Positions 1 to 13,349 of a stretch of DNA of 64,000 nt are shown here, piece after piece. A program made the translations under genes and the position numbers. Every line of letters begins with the position of its first letter. Positions within the stretch are counted from its first letter, which is position 1. Source of the DNA: Eledone cirrhosa (lineage: Eukaryota); the NCBI GenBank assembly GCA_964016885.1, contig OZ024741.1, forward strand, positions 152,520,001 through 152,584,000, written 5' to 3'. The notes under the pieces were generated by a model, which worked only from the letters and a program-made list of their open reading frames with translations, did no database searches and had not been told where the DNA came from.

Positions 1-44
1 TAACAGATGTTTACAAATCTGCCAACGACCAGAGACCCGCCTAA

Positions 45-440
45 TAATTGTTTCTACTTTTGGCACAAGGCCAGCAATTACTCAGTGCATTACTGGTACT
101 TTATTTTATCGACCCGGTAAGGATGAAAGACAAAGTTAACCTCGGCGGGATTTGAACTCAGATCATAAAGGGACGTAACTATGCTGGAAAGCATGTCCGA
201 CCCTCTACCGATCGCCTACTAATGGTTTCTTATATAGGCACAAGGTCAACAATGCTGGAGGAGGGGAAAGTCGATTAAATCGACCCCAGTGCGTGACTGG
301 TACTTTATTTTATCTACCCCGTAAGGATAAAAGGCAAAGTTAACGTCAGCGGGATTTAAACTCAGATCATAAAGAGCCGTAACTCTATGCTGCAAAACAT
401 GGCGTCCGACCCTCTACCGATACTGCAATCCACTGCCCTA
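45..440 (-). mobile_element. Two tandem copies of a tRNA-derived SINE (family A)
   Basis: Reverse complement has a Pol III A box (TGGCAGTATCGG-like), a B box (GTTCAAATCC), a core GCCTTTCATCCTTACGGGGTCGATAAAATAAAGTACCAGT and an ATT tail. More than 12 copies occur in the window. Confidence 0.85.
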
Positions 441-499
441 GACCTGCCTAATAATGAGTAGTTTAGAATGTGGGGCAAGTGGTTTGTTATTTTTGTTGT

Positions 500-930
500 T
501 CATCATCACCGTTTAACGTCTATTTTTTCCAAGCATGCTCCGGCTAGAGGAGATGTCATTTTTTCTTATACTCGAGAGGTCAAGTGACCATGTTTGCACG
601 TACCTTCCGTTTTGTTTTGGCTTGATTTTCTACGGCTTGATGTTCTTCCTAATGTCAATCACTTTACAGCGTGTGATGGGAGCTTTTTTTTCGTAGCACC
701 AGCACTACCACCTTACCTGGTGGACTGGGTTCTTTTTATCGTGGCAGCAGTACGGTCACCTTACAGAATGGACTGGGTGTTTTTTATCATGGCACCAGTA
801 CGACCACTTTACAGGGTGAACTTGGTGCTTTTTGTCGTGGCACTACCACGACCATTTTATTAGGTGCTTTTGTTGTGGCCTACCTTACAGGACGGACTGG
901 GCGTGTTTTATTAGGTCTCCCATCATACAT
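500..930 (-). repeat. Degenerate interspersed repeat with an internal ~50-bp tandem unit
   Basis: Starts catcatcaccgtttaacgtc. The unit ccaccttaca..tggactgggtgtttttatcgtggca recurs about 5 times between 700 and 905. Confidence 0.5.
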
Positions 931-1618
931 GATTTGTATTAGTTGTTGTTATTATTTTGTGCTCGATGATTTTCTAACTATTGGAAGACGGGATGGTTAA
1001 GGACAGAAGAGATATCTTTGAATCCGTTAGCTTCCAATGCTATCTTGACCTGCTAGAAACATCAGCCAAATCTCTCTCAAATTAAACACAACAGCTTTTA
1101 AAAAGAAAGGACAGAGTGTATCTACTCAAAGTATTATTTATTATTTCTCTTGCCTTCTAGTGTAATCCGTTCATATCAATGGTGCTTTAGAAGAATATTC
1201 AATCACCATCAATATATAATCGGTTCTTTATTTTATCAATCTTGGAAGGATGAAAATCAAATTTGATTTCGGTAAATTTTTGTAACTAAAGATAGTTTGT
1301 CCGACACACAACCAATTTTGACCATATAAAAGTCAGAATGATCATGGTTGCTACACCTTCGATCATAGGTCTACAACAACACAATAACACCATATACATA
1401 ATAAACTACATTGCAGTAGTGGTAGAGAGAGGAGGGGAAAGAAAGGGGAGCAGATAGAGAGGGGGGACGAGGAGAGGGGGAGAAAGAGAAGGCACAAAGA
1501 GAGAGTGAGAGAGAGAAAGGAAGTGAGAGAAATGGAAAGAGAGTAAAAAAGAGAGGTGGAGTGTGGAGACAGTGGAAGAAATTGCGCTAGCCACAAGAGC
1601 TCTAATTGTAATACTCAC

Positions 1619-1980
1619 CATCTGCTAACAATCCTTAACTTCTCTCCGGAGCGTGTCTGCAGCATTTCAGCAATATTATTACGGATTTTTTCATTAACTT
1701 TGAATTTATCATTCATGAAGTGAAAGGATATTATGAAAGCTGCCAAGAGGGTTAGAACGAGGAGACATATCGCACCCCCGTCGTTTTTGCCTAAATACAT
1801 AGCCCAACCGAAGTAGATAACATAGAGAATAACTAGCGTCATGTAAAATCCATCACGAAAATGCGGCTTCATCTTTCGGTAAAGGTTTTGTTCTTGGGGG
1901 TCGGGATGTGACGGAGACCACCCCTCTTGAGTATGGTTGCTGTTCATATCCGAATCGGGAATTTCCGTAAATCCAACATT
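1619..1980 (-). CDS. Exon of an SLC28-like (CNT) sodium-nucleoside cotransporter, N-terminal region with first TM helices
   Basis: Minus-strand acceptor (poly-T...TTTAG, 1982-1981) and donor TG|GTGAGT (1618-1613). Open frame NVGFTEIPDSDMNSN...LVILYVIYFGWAMYLGKNDGGAICLLVLTLLAAF...LRIVSRW. The YFGxAMY..D.G...LL..T and ..RW pattern matches invertebrate SLC28A3-like N-termini (from memory). The ATG at 1947 may be the start codon. Downstream exons were not located and may lie left of the window. Confidence 0.75.
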
Positions 1981-2929
1981 CTAAAGAAAAAAAACAAAAC
2001 GAAAAAAAAAAAACAGTAATAAAAAGAAGAAAAAGGAAGGGCGAAAAAAGAAAAAAAAAAGAAATTGGAAAACAAAATCAGTAATTGTATGTGTGTATGT
2101 ATGTGCATATATATGTGTGTGTGTGTTTTGTGTGTGTTAACGTAACAGCTCTCTAAAAGAGAAAACCTTCAGTATTAAAATCATTAAAGACTCACGGTCT
2201 ACTATAGTCTACAATACAGGTTCTCAACCCATTTAGGCCAAACGCCCCCTTTTGTCCCGCAAAATCACGAAACGCCCCCCTACCCTATTTTTCCATTTTT
2301 CAATATACTACTGATTTTGATATCAGTAGATTACTGAAAATTTAACAATATTCCAAAGATACCATTGCAGGCAGCTGAGAGTATAAATACATTCCTTGAA
2401 AGGAAATATATACATTTCAAAAAAAAGGAACATAAATGTTCTTTTTTATGAATTTTATGAAACCAGTTGAATTTGTTATATTCCCACCAGGCGATACCAG
2501 CTATTTTGAACTCTGTCTATCCAAAGAGTGCTCTTATCTGGAAGAAAGTGGCAATTATATCATTTCAAAGCTTTCTAATTTTCCCTTTAATGAAACGGAC
2601 AGAATAAATGTTGATATCTAACTTGATGTCACCTCTGCTTTGTGAGCTTAGAGACCACAGAAGAGGGTTTTCATGACCACACAGGAGGGTATATTTATTA
2701 ATATATACAACAAATAATATATACAACAAATGAGTAATTGAATTGTAGTAGATGGTTTCCAGTCCAGTCAGACTGCAACTACAAATAAAAAAAATTGTTA
2801 GTTTGCTTTGTAACAATAGCATATCCAAGTTTTCAGATAAATCAACTTACTTTAACTTTGACCTCATTTCAATGGGACCCTTCAGCTTCATGGAGTCTAG
2901 CTAACTCTCTGATGTCAGCTGATTTTCGT

Positions 2930-3915
2930 AAGATGTAGCCGGAGATCTCCACGTGTAATTACATTGTAGCGGTTGCGAGCCTTACTGTGCAGTCTGGAAA
3001 AAGCACCAAACCTCCTCTTGACTAAGTATGAGCTTGGAAAAGGCAGAGCAAATCTCTTAGCTTCTGCATGTAGGAGTGGAAATCGACGCTGAATTTCCTC
3101 TTGTATCCCAAAAAGGGGTTTGACCTATTTTGGGAAATCTAATTTTGATCATGTCATCTGCTTGAAGTTCAATGAATTCTTCCTGAAATTTAATGTCGAA
3201 ATCATCGACGTTAGCTATGAAGCGATCTGCTATCCACATTGGGATGTCCATCGGCAAAAGGTCGACAAACCATTCTCTCATGTTGTCTTTTAGCGCACGG
3301 AGATGAGTGGTATAAATTTGGAGTTGGTCATCGCTTACAATGTTTTGAACATTGGCGACACTAGGAAAATTATAGAATTCCCGTCAACAAAGATTCTTTT
3401 TGATGATATTCAATTTGGCCAGGAATGTTTTTACAGCATTCCTGCTTTAAGCAAGGAGATCTTCTTCCTCTGCAAAGCCAAAATGACGCTAATGCATTTG
3501 TCAACGATGTCGGTGAGGTAGGCGCAGTCTTGCCTCATATCGAGGGTTTTCTTGTACAGTTCTGTGTTGCATCCTCGCAGAAACTTAATGATAGAGTCGA
3601 AGAGTTAAAAAAAGTGAGTAAGGCACTTGCCCTTTGAAAACCACCTCATTTCAGTATGAAGGAGCAACTTGACAAATTCTTCGTCATTATCTTGGCACAG
3701 TTGCTGGAAAATTCGTTCATTGAGGGAATGCCGTTTGATAATATTGATGACATCAATGGCTACCTGCAAGGACTTGCTCAGCGGCTTGCTGAGTTTCTTC
3801 GCAGCCAAGTGTTGTCGATGAATGAGACAATGAACAGCAAATACAGATAGATTTTCTCTCTTCAGAAGAATGACGAAACCCATATGTTGGCCGACCATTG
3901 CTCTTGCGTCGTCCG
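2930..3915 (-). pseudogene. Disrupted hAT transposase (ZBED8/SCAND3/Buster-like)
   Basis: D.ARAMVG, HCLIHRQHLAAK, LLLHTEMRWFSKG and QEEFIELQAD motifs are split over several frames with stops and frameshifts. Confidence 0.88.
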
Positions 3916-3929
3916 AAGGACATGATACA

Positions 3930-4490
3930 ATGTGTGTTGTATGTGGTCCTAGATGTATGTATTACCTGCCTGTGTGTTGTATGTAGTCCTAGATGTATGT
4001 ATTACCTGCTTATGTATTGCATGTGGTCCCAGCTGTATGTATTACCTGCTTGTGCGTTGTATGTGGTCCTAGATGTATGTATTACCTGATTATGTGTTGT
4101 ATGTGGTCCTAGATGTTTGTATAACCTGATTATGTGCTGTATGTGGTCCTAGATGTTTGTATTACCTGCTTATGTGTTATGTGGTCCTAGATGTGTGTAT
4201 TACCTGCTTATGTGTTGTATGTGGTCCTAGATGTTTGTATTTCCTGATTATGTGCTGTATGTGGTCCTAGATGTTTGTATTACCTGCTTATGTGTTATGT
4301 AGTCCTAGATGTGTGTATTACCTGCTTATGTGTTGTATGTGGTCCTAGATGTGTGTATTACCTGCTTCTGTGTTGTATGTGGTCCTAGATATGTGTATTA
4401 TCTGATTATGTGTTGTATGTGGTCCTAGATGTGTGTATTATCTGATTATGTGTTGAATGTGGTCCTAGATGTGTGTGCTACCCGCTTCTG
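3930..4490. repeat. 40-bp minisatellite inside the hAT element (~14 units)
   Basis: Unit ATGTGTTGTATGTGGTCCTAGATGTGTGTATTACCTGCTT. Confidence 0.92.
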
Positions 4491-5064
4491 TGTTTTTTCT
4501 TTTCCTTTTTTTATTTGTAATATTATTTATACAATAGGGAATAAAATAGATCTACATAGTGTTAACTCGTTACGGTTGAGTCAATAATTTCACACATGAA
4601 ATACATTGTTATCGGTGAAGGAAAGATAAGATTCTAACTGGCTGCGCCCAAAGTGTCTTTGACCCAGTTGACTGTGGGCTTTTCCATTTTTAGGATCTCA
4701 ATTGCCGATTAATGTCGAGATACGCCTGCACACCTGCTCACAGCTGCGGTCAGACCATAGTTATGCTGTCTGCATGTTCATTCAAATGTATTCACACTGG
4801 CTGTCTCAAAGACATACAAATATGGCTTATAAAACTTACCAAAGTAAAGAGCCCCCCCCCCCCCCCCCAATTCCAAACGCCCCCCTAGCTCCCCCTTGCT
4901 CCCAAACGCCCCCTGGAGTTCCTAAACGCCCCCGGGGTGTATATTCCCCCTGTTAAGAACCTTTGGTCTACAAGAACAAATGCATTAATGGGAAAACTTC
5001 TTTACAATCTCTAGTGAGGAAAAATTCCAAATACTAGCTAAAACAACAGTCATTCTAAGAAAAC

Positions 5065-5190
5065 CAGACAGGCTTCCACACAGTTTCCGTTGGCCAAATT
5101 TCACTCACACGGTATTGGTCAATGTGTGGCTATAGTAGAAGATACTTTCACAAAGTGCCAAACAATAAGACTGAAGCCCCTCGTTACACG
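5065..5190 (-). mobile_element. Degenerate SINE (family B), related to the copy at 29082-29240
   Basis: Shared motif ...cagtttcc...ccaaatt.cactcac...ggctatagtagaagatactt...aa.gtgcca. Confidence 0.6.
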
Positions 5191-5254
5191 ACACACACAC
5201 ACACGAACACACAGACACAAACACATGCACACACACATACCCCCCCCCATATAT

Positions 5255-5298
<44 letters not shown>

Positions 5299-5606
5299 AC
5301 ACACAGACATATATACCCCCCCATATATACATATATATATATACACACAGACACGAACACAGACACAAACATATGCACACACACACATACACGAACACAC
5401 AGACACAAACACATGCACACACATACACCCCTCCATATATACATATATATATATACACACACACACACATGCACACGCACATACACCCCCCCATATATAT
5501 ATACATATAAATATATACACACACACATACACCCCCATATATACATATATACACACACACACACAGACACAAACACATGCACACGCATACACCCCTCCAT
5601 ATATAC

Positions 5607-5643
<37 letters not shown>

Positions 5644-5988
5644 GACACAAACACATGCACACGCACATACACCCCCCATATATACATATAAATATATACA
5701 CACACACATGCACACGCACATACATCCCCCATATATACATATAAATATACACACACACACACATACACAAACGCATGCACACACACACACATACACCCCC
5801 CATATATATACACACACACACACATAGACACAAACACATGCACACGCCCATACCCCCCCCCCATATATACATGTAAATACACACACACACAGACAGACAC
5901 GAACACACAGACAGAAACACATGCACACGCACACACACGCCCCATATATACATATATATACACACACACATATATATATATATATATT
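5190..5988. repeat. Compound (CA)n/(TA)n minisatellite with ~60-70-bp higher-order unit
   Basis: Repeated cagacacaaacacatgcacac...cccc.atatatacat blocks. This is the source of the spurious HT/VC ORFs. Confidence 0.9.
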
Positions 5989-6107
5989 AATAAGAGGAAT
6001 TCCAACTTTGTCTGATTTACTCGTTTTATTTACAATCCTTTAAAATATATATAATATGGTATTATAATGAAATAGTATGATAGAATATTAAATTCTAAGT
6101 GTTAATT

Positions 6108-6144
6108 GAACAAGTACTTTCATGCTTTCGCAATCTTCAGGTTC
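6108..6144 (-). ncRNA. Type I hammerhead ribozyme
   Basis: GAAC CUGAAGA U UGC-GAAA-GCA U GAAA GUAC UU GUUC. 4-bp stem I, GNRA-capped stem II, palindromic stem III. Confidence 0.88.
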
Positions 6145-6519
6145 ATGATATGTGGTGACAGTCGAGTTTGCAATTTTCAACTGTAATGAGATGGTTAAAT
6201 TTACTACCTTTTATACATTTTATACAGAGAAAAGTGGCTCCAGAATGCAAAGCGCTGTAAACTGTATTTCGACCAATCAGTGTGTAGTTTCACTGAATTA
6301 CTACAGCTGATTAGTTTAAGCGTCACGGCTGGTTGAGCATGCTAACGACCAATAGTCATACCCAACGTATCAATTGTTTTGCTTTTTGAAATGATGAAAA
6401 TAGCATTTTCTATTAATCATCACCATCAACATCACTTTTATTATTATTGTTGTTGTTGTTGTTGTTGTTGTTAGTGGTCGTGGTCATAGTGGTAGTAGAA
6501 GTAATACCCCAAGGCGTTA

Positions 6520-8079
6520 TTATTGTTCATTTAGCTTGGGTTTGAATTTATCAATAAAATTCTTTTCTTTGATTTTTCTCTTGATTTCACTTGGGCTGTG
6601 TAATTTGTAGAATGGGAATATTATAAATATTCCCTGACCACATGTTGCCAGGTGGCCGCTTAGGGGTATCTGACGGACATTTGGGTCTCTGATTTGTTGA
6701 CGGTGTACCCGTGCACGTTCCGATAGTGTATTTCCAGTTTGACCGACATATAGTTCTTCACAATTCGGGCATTTAATGCAGTAAATTAGATTTCTGCTTT
6801 TGCAATTCATATTTGCATTTGGGAATATTTTTCCAGTTTTTGTTTTCATATATTGACCGGCGTGTATGGATTGACATGTGCCGCATCGATTATCATTGCA
6901 TTTAGATACAGTGAATGATTGGTCTTTGTTGTTAAGGTCAAACTTTGCTTTTGTTAGCAATTGCTTCAAATTTTTTGGCTGTCTTTTACTAAGAGTCAAA
7001 GATCGATCTGTGATTAAGCCTTTTAATTCATTACTTTGAGCAATGATCGGTAGGTTTGCTTTGGCAGTGTTGAATATATTCTGGTGACATGGGTTGTGTG
7101 TCATTATAAATGGTATGACCAGTTCTTGGTTTCTTCTTCCTTGGGTTGTTCTAAGTTGTTGTATAGGTATTTTTATAGCCCGCTGTATGCCATTTTCTAT
7201 AAGTAGAGATGGGTATTTTTGTTTGAGCAAAAATTCTCTTAGTTCTGTTAGGCGTTTATACCTGGTATTCGTATCTTCTACAATGGTACAAATTCTTCTG
7301 GCTAGGCAGTATGGGATGTTGCGTTTTGTATGAGGTGGATGGCACGACTTAAAATTCAGATATTGATGGGTGTCTGTGTGTTTATAATATATATCCGTGG
7401 TAATGGTGGTGTCGTTTTTGATTATCATTATATCTAGGAATGGTAATTTGGTCCTACTCATCTCTTTTGTGAATTGGAGAGATGGGTGTAGGTTATTCAG
7501 GAGGATATTGAACTCATCCAGAGTATCTAGAGATTCTGTCCAGATGATGAAACAGTCGTCAAGGTATCTCTTCCAAGATTTTTCAATGTACTTTCTAAAG
7601 TCAGTACTATATTTTTCCTCTATTTCTTGGTAGAGTTGTTGTTCTAAGTATCCCATTACAGAGTTCGCGTAAACGGGAGCAAACTTCGTTCCCATCGCTG
7701 TGCCTCTAATTTGGATGTAATTCTTTCCATTGAAGAAGAAAGTGTTGTTTTCCAGAATAAGTTTAACTGCGTCTAATATAAATGGCGCTGTGAATCTAAT
7801 GGGAATCACTTCTCTATGTTTTTCCACCCAGTATTTAACCGCCTTTATTCCTAAATCATGTGTAATGTTGGTGTAAAGGCTTACCACATCAAAACTGAGT
7901 AGAAGTGAATTCGTTTCCGTGGTTTTCGGAAGATGGGACAGGAAGTCGATATCATCCCGGATGAAACTGGGTATGTGAATACATAGTGGTTTCAAAATAA
8001 TGTCAACAAAATTGCTTAGACGGTGAGTGGGGCATGTTGGACCAGCTATAATAGGTCTAAGTTTTAAGTCTTTTGGGTG
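6520..8079 (-). CDS. PLE reverse transcriptase + GIY-YIG endonuclease (open frame, N-terminus missing)
   Basis: RPIIAGPTCPT (upstream of the ORF-track start), SFDVVSLYTNI, GTAMGTKFAP, RYLDD, CNDNRCGTC and NLIYCIKCPNCEELYVGQT...R...H motifs. Confidence 0.93.
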   Translation of the reverse strand, partial: HPKDLKLRPIIAGPTCPTHRLSNFVDIILKPLCIHIPSFIRDDIDFLSHLPKTTETNSLLLSFDVVSLYTNITHDLGIKAVKYWVEKHREVIPIRFTAPFILDAVKLILENNTFFFNGKNYIQIRGTAMGTKFAPVYANSVMGYLEQQLYQEIEEKYSTDFRKYIEKSWKRYLDDCFIIWTESLDTLDEFNILLNNLHPSLQFTKEMSRTKLPFLDIMIIKNDTTITTDIYYKHTDTHQYLNFKSCHPPHTKRNIPYCLARRICTIVEDTNTRYKRLTELREFLLKQKYPSLLIENGIQRAIKIPIQQLRTTQGRRNQELVIPFIMTHNPCHQNIFNTAKANLPIIAQSNELKGLITDRSLTLSKRQPKNLKQLLTKAKFDLNNKDQSFTVSKCNDNRCGTCQSIHAGQYMKTKTGKIFPNANMNCKSRNLIYCIKCPNCEELYVGQTGNTLSERARVHRQQIRDPNVRQIPLSGHLATCGQGIFIIFPFYKLHSPSEIKRKIKEKNFIDKFKPKLNEQ

Positions 8080-8145
8080 TAATAATATATATATATAACT
8101 TTGATAGGTTTCAGCCAGTATTAGCCCAGGCCATGTCTAACTTAA

Positions 8146-8298
8146 TAATTGTTTCTACTTTTGGCACAAGGCCAGCAATTACCCAGTGTATTACTGGTAC
8201 TTTATTTTATCGACCCCATAAGGATGAAAGGCAAAGTTAACCTCGGCGGGATTTGAACTCAGAATGGCAAGGGCCGTAACTCTATGTGTCAAAGCATG
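8146..8298 (-). mobile_element. tRNA-derived SINE family A
   Basis: Same core and B box as 45-440. Confidence 0.85.
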
Positions 8299-8769
8299 TC
8301 TAACTTAATAATAGCAACCACCCGGCGAAGCCTTATAAATCACGTTTCATATTTAAGTCATACTTTTGACACTCTATTTAGGAATTGTTGGTTGAAAGAA
8401 ATCTGTGTGTAGTAGACCATAGGGCGTATACCATTTAGGTGCTTAATCTTTTTTATTTTCTGGTAACGTATCTTAATTTATACATTACAATTCTTAGACT
8501 ATTAGGAACAGGTAAAAACTGAAACCTACATTTTTCATTCAAGAGGGTCACATTTAAAGAAAATTACAAAGCTTTTTCTTTTACTAATTTAAATATTTTC
8601 AAAAAATTATTTTCCGTTCAAGCCGTTCTATTTTTGTTCTAATCTTCATCATTATCAACATCAGTTTTGTTTCGTTTTGCCAAGCCCGCACATGTTGGAC
8701 GAGAGCTGAAGTTTACTCTGGTTTTATGTGGCGTTAAGCTACCAGTTAGTCACAAGGTTAGCCACAGCT

Positions 8770-8900
8770 ACCACTGGTAATCATTTTCAATTGAGTTGAC
8801 TGAGCAACGTAAAATAAAGTAGCTATGCAAAGCGCGCCACCCGTTCAGAGGGTCGAACTTGCGACATAACGATCTTGAGACCAACACTCTAACCAATAAT
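8770..8900 (-). mobile_element. Old tRNA-derived SINE remnant (family C)
   Basis: Reverse complement TGGTTAGAGTG...GTTCGACCC resembles A/B boxes. Confidence 0.45.
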
Positions 8901-9767
8901 TGAAGCCATAATTAGTGTGTGTATCTAAAGGTGAGGAAATCCTTTGAACTCCTTTTTCTGGCGATCATCTCAAATGAACACATGTCGCCCTTCATCAACC
9001 GAGCAGAACCCACGGTACGATCATTATCTGAAAGTTGTAAATCTGTTACTTCAATAACCTTCTTTCTGATTGGTTCATAAGTTTTATACTGGTGGTGGTG
9101 GTGGGGGGGGGGGGGGGACTATTTTATACGTCGCTATTTCATAGCAAAAACTTTAATTAGCAATAAAATTCAACAAAGATTTTTTTCTTTCGAACTAAAA
9201 GTGAGAGGTTTATCAAAACAACAATATCAACAACAATAACAATGAAAACAACAACAGAAACTACAGGAATAACAATATCAACAAAAAACACCACAACAGA
9301 AACAACAACATGAGTCACACCAAATCTTTAAAAATTTACACTCAGATAAATAACACCGATATGATAAATTAATTTAAAAAAATATATATGTCCATCTAAC
9401 AATCTATTTATCTGCCGAATGTACTAAATGTTTTTCTTTGCCAGTGTCAATGTACGGGATTTTGTTTTGCCTTACTTATTTATTTTTCCAAGATAAATAG
9501 TAAAAGAAATCAGTTGACCACCAACGTATTTTCAGTCAACTGTCTCCAGCTGGTGGCATAAAGAAAATACATGTAAAAACCAAGCAATTCCTCTTCTTTT
9601 TTATCAGTCGATTAAAGAGTGTAACATAACACCGAAATTAAACAAAGAGGGGGCCAAGAACGGTGCAGGCGAAACTAATCGATTGTTTAGACAAGCTAAA
9701 TTACATACTTCTGTTACCAACTAGTTTTACTTTTTATCAATAGCCGCCAGACATCTCACTACGGTAG

Positions 9768-9941
<174 letters not shown>

Positions 9942-10035
9942 AGAGAGTGAGAGAGTGAGAGAGAGAGAAAGTGAACCAGTTTGAAACTGGTTAGACCATT
10001 ACCCAACAGAGTACTCGATACTTGGATTTGTAGAA

Positions 10036-10240
<205 letters not shown>

Positions 10241-10381
10241 AACATGAGTTATATGGTTTGTTGATTATTATTCAACAGAGTTAATTTTATAAAAGATCTG
10301 AAGCAGTCTACAGGATTTTTCTGGAGTATTATTAATATTAACAATATTAATAAATGGGAAATATCTTTATAATACCATATT

Positions 10382-10432
10382 TATTATACGTATTTCAAGG
10401 GCACAGCATTTCAGTGTGCTTTCATCAGATAC
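10382..10432 (-). ncRNA. Type I hammerhead ribozyme in a solo pLTR-like segment
   Basis: UAU CUGAUGA AA GCACA...UGUGC CCUU GAAA UACGUA UA AUA. Confidence 0.75.
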
Positions 10433-10563
10433 AATATAATATTTGGTGTTAAGATATTGACATACCTTAGCGTAAACTTAATAGTAAAAGCCTGAGAGCG
10501 GGCTTATACTATTAGCTCCCTATTAACTCCAGTTTCTTACTTGAACTACCTACCATGCGAAAA

Positions 10564-10643
<80 letters not shown>

Positions 10644-10868
10644 GGAATAACAAGTTATCGTTATAGGCAGTCCACTTAGATGTAGTCCAGATGGAGTAGT
10701 TCTTGTAGTGGATAGTATTAACGTATGGCTTAGTTTGACTCAACAAGACGTTTCCATAGTGATGCTGCGAGTTCGCGGTGATTTGTATGTAGTTTATACT
10801 TGGAGTAATAATAATTCAAGAAAGAAGAGTGACATGGTTCGCTATACAATAAGGGCTTTATTCACATT

Positions 10869-10976
10869 GCTGACAATTGTTTCTTTGATCTAGTAGGTCT
10901 AGAGTTCGCTAGTCGCCTGATTATGCGCCAATCGATCTCCAATACTTTGTTTATAACCAGCCGTTTTCATCAGAGC
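10869..10976 (-). ncRNA. Hammerhead ribozyme with extended stem II (inverted pLTR copy)
   Basis: GCU CUGAUGA [~83 nt] GAAA CAAUUG UC AGC. Confidence 0.75.
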
Positions 10977-13349
10977 AGGTGAAATGAAGAAGATACATAA
11001 GGAATGGTTTTTATATAGGTGTGGTATTAGACCAGAAAAAAAACATTAGAACATTCTTAAAAAACTAGGCCTAGATATTACCAACGAACTGAATTCTAAA
11101 AAGGCAAACTTTCTAGACGTAACTCTAAACCTAAGCACGGGATTAATAGAACCCTTCCACAAAAATAATGAAAAACTAGCCTACATTAATTATAACTCAA
11201 ACTACCCCCGATCCATAATTAAATCCATAGCGCGAAGTATATCCCTTAGAATATCCCGCTTATCCTCAAACCAAGAAATGTTTAAAGAACATGCTAACTA
11301 TTATAACGCAGCATTACGTAAGGCTGGACACAAAGAGAAGCTGCAGTTTATAACGGATAAGAACAACACAAATAAACCCATTAACACCGACACCAACTGC
11401 TCATACAAAAATAAAGGTAACCGGACTAGACATAGAAATAGGCAAATAGAGTAGGAGGACCGAACGCGAATAATGCAAACCCCAGAAACTATAGAAGAAC
11501 TAGAGAAAGAAAATACCTTTGGTTTAATCCAATCTTCAACTCCTCTATAAGAACTAAACTGCCTTCTACGTTCTTTAAACTAATAGATAAGCACTTTCCT
11601 ATATCGCATAGATATCATAAAATCTTCAATAGAAAAACTATAAACTCTCATACTCTACTGCTGCAAACATTGAATCGCACATACGCAAGATCAACCACAA
11701 GAATTCCTCTAGGAAAGACATCCCACCCATACGCAACATAGCACCAAACACAAAACACAAACGCATTACCGTATCACAACCACAGACGCACATGAACACA
11801 CCACAGCAAAACTTCAATAGGCATGAATCACAACCCACATATAATAGCTTACAAAACCGCAATGTGAAAGCTGCACAGAGTAATACCCCGAACTGCAACT
11901 GTCACCTACCGGATAAGTGCCCATTAGCGAATAGGTACCTTGATTCGAGCCTAGTGTGCATGTGTACTATAGACTCAGGCAACTCCACTTGGCACTACAT
12001 TGGATCCACCGCGAGTGTTTTAAAAAAAAAAGATGGTATGTGCACAGACATTCAATGAAGAACCATGCACTGGTAAATTCTATAACCCCCGTCAATAAAA
12101 TCTGGTAACTTAAGGACAAAAACCTTGATTATAATATTAGCTGGTCGAAATTGACGGCCGCAAAGACATATAGCAGCGGTATGTCCCACTGTGGGCTCTG
12201 CAACCTTGAATTGCTGCATATCTTAAGGAACGATAAAATGCTACTCAACAGTAAAATAGAAAGGTCAATTTTCTGCAGACATAGGATTTCTACAAAATTC
12301 GCGAGATTTAAACCACCGTGATTCGAACCAATATCACTTAGCTTTTAACATATGAAATCCACCTTCTCACACAGCCCAATACAGAACTATAATCTTCTAT
12401 AAATACCTTATAGCCTCCCTAATTCTATTCCACTGGAATATGTCTACAACTATCTTATCAGCCCATAAATCAATCCCATCTTCGCTGTTACCCACTACTT
12501 CGGACCAAGGATTTATATCTCTCATTAGCACTCACGATCTCTAACAGATGAACCTAATTCTAAGTACATTATCTTATTACTCCTACACTCCTTGAAATCT
12601 TACTTTCCTCTTATTCTTCTTCTTATTATTATGAACATCTCAATGTATCCCTAATATTATTCATCATGTTCTATATATCTACCAGGCACATTTTACTATT
12701 TTATTACCTTTATTGCTTCTACTATTGTTGTTATTACTGTCTTATTTATACAGTACTAGCAACTGGAAAGACCGACGAAAACATTGTTTCCTCGGTCCGA
12801 TTTGACGAAAGTCGATCGATCCTTTTATATACGATTTGTTATTGATGCTGTGAAAACTAAACCCCCACGATTCGAACTAACAATCCCTACCTTTAGTATA
12901 GGCCACTTAAATAACCAATCTGCAACTCTATTTAACACCATATAAAAACTATCATCATCACTAAATTAATCAAACGAAAATGTTTATCTGTCAAATAAAA
13001 AGTAAAAAGTAAATCTCCGGTTTATTGCTAGAATACCTACAGCATAATGGATACCTCATAAATTCTGTCTCCAAGTACATTTTAGTGGTTACTGTTATCT
13101 AGTCGCCACCCTATCACTATATATAATGTACCCTATAGCAGTTTTCACATGTCAATTCCATATATCTGTATCATATCAGTCTGTTTAGCATGCTAGATTC
13201 TTCATTATACTCTATCTCTTACTTATATTGATGTTATTATTTTAACTATCTGCCATCTAGTTATTTTATTTTATCATTGATATTATTGTTCTGGTCTAAT
13301 ACCACACCTATATAAAAACCATGCCTTATGTATCTTCTTCATATCGCCC

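Larger units (their letters stand above)
2215..4965 (-). mobile_element. hAT DNA transposon (Buster/Charlie type), defective
   Basis: TIRs tacaggttctcaac / gttaagaacctttg. Perfect 8-bp TSD GTCTACAA at 2207-2214 and 4966-4973. Subterminal AAACGCCCCC repeats at both ends. Transposase remnant inside. Confidence 0.92.
5990..8081 (-). mobile_element. 5'-truncated Penelope-like element (Neptune-like), with 3' UTR/pLTR hammerhead
   Basis: RT + Cys linker + GIY-YIG ORF, 3' hammerhead at 6108-6144, and TA repeats at both ends. Confidence 0.92.

Noticed and set aside
5090-6005. Six overlapping ORFs of 189-288 aa (HT/YI/VC-rich)
   Set aside because: Translations of CA/TA microsatellites, which lack stop codons. 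The same applies to ORFs at 13477, 21421, 59914, 61841 and 63194.
11860-12321. Selenocysteine recoding as reported for some Naiad PLEs
   Set aside because: The Cys positions I could read use TGC/TGT. The interruptions are ordinary frameshifts and TAA/TAG stops.
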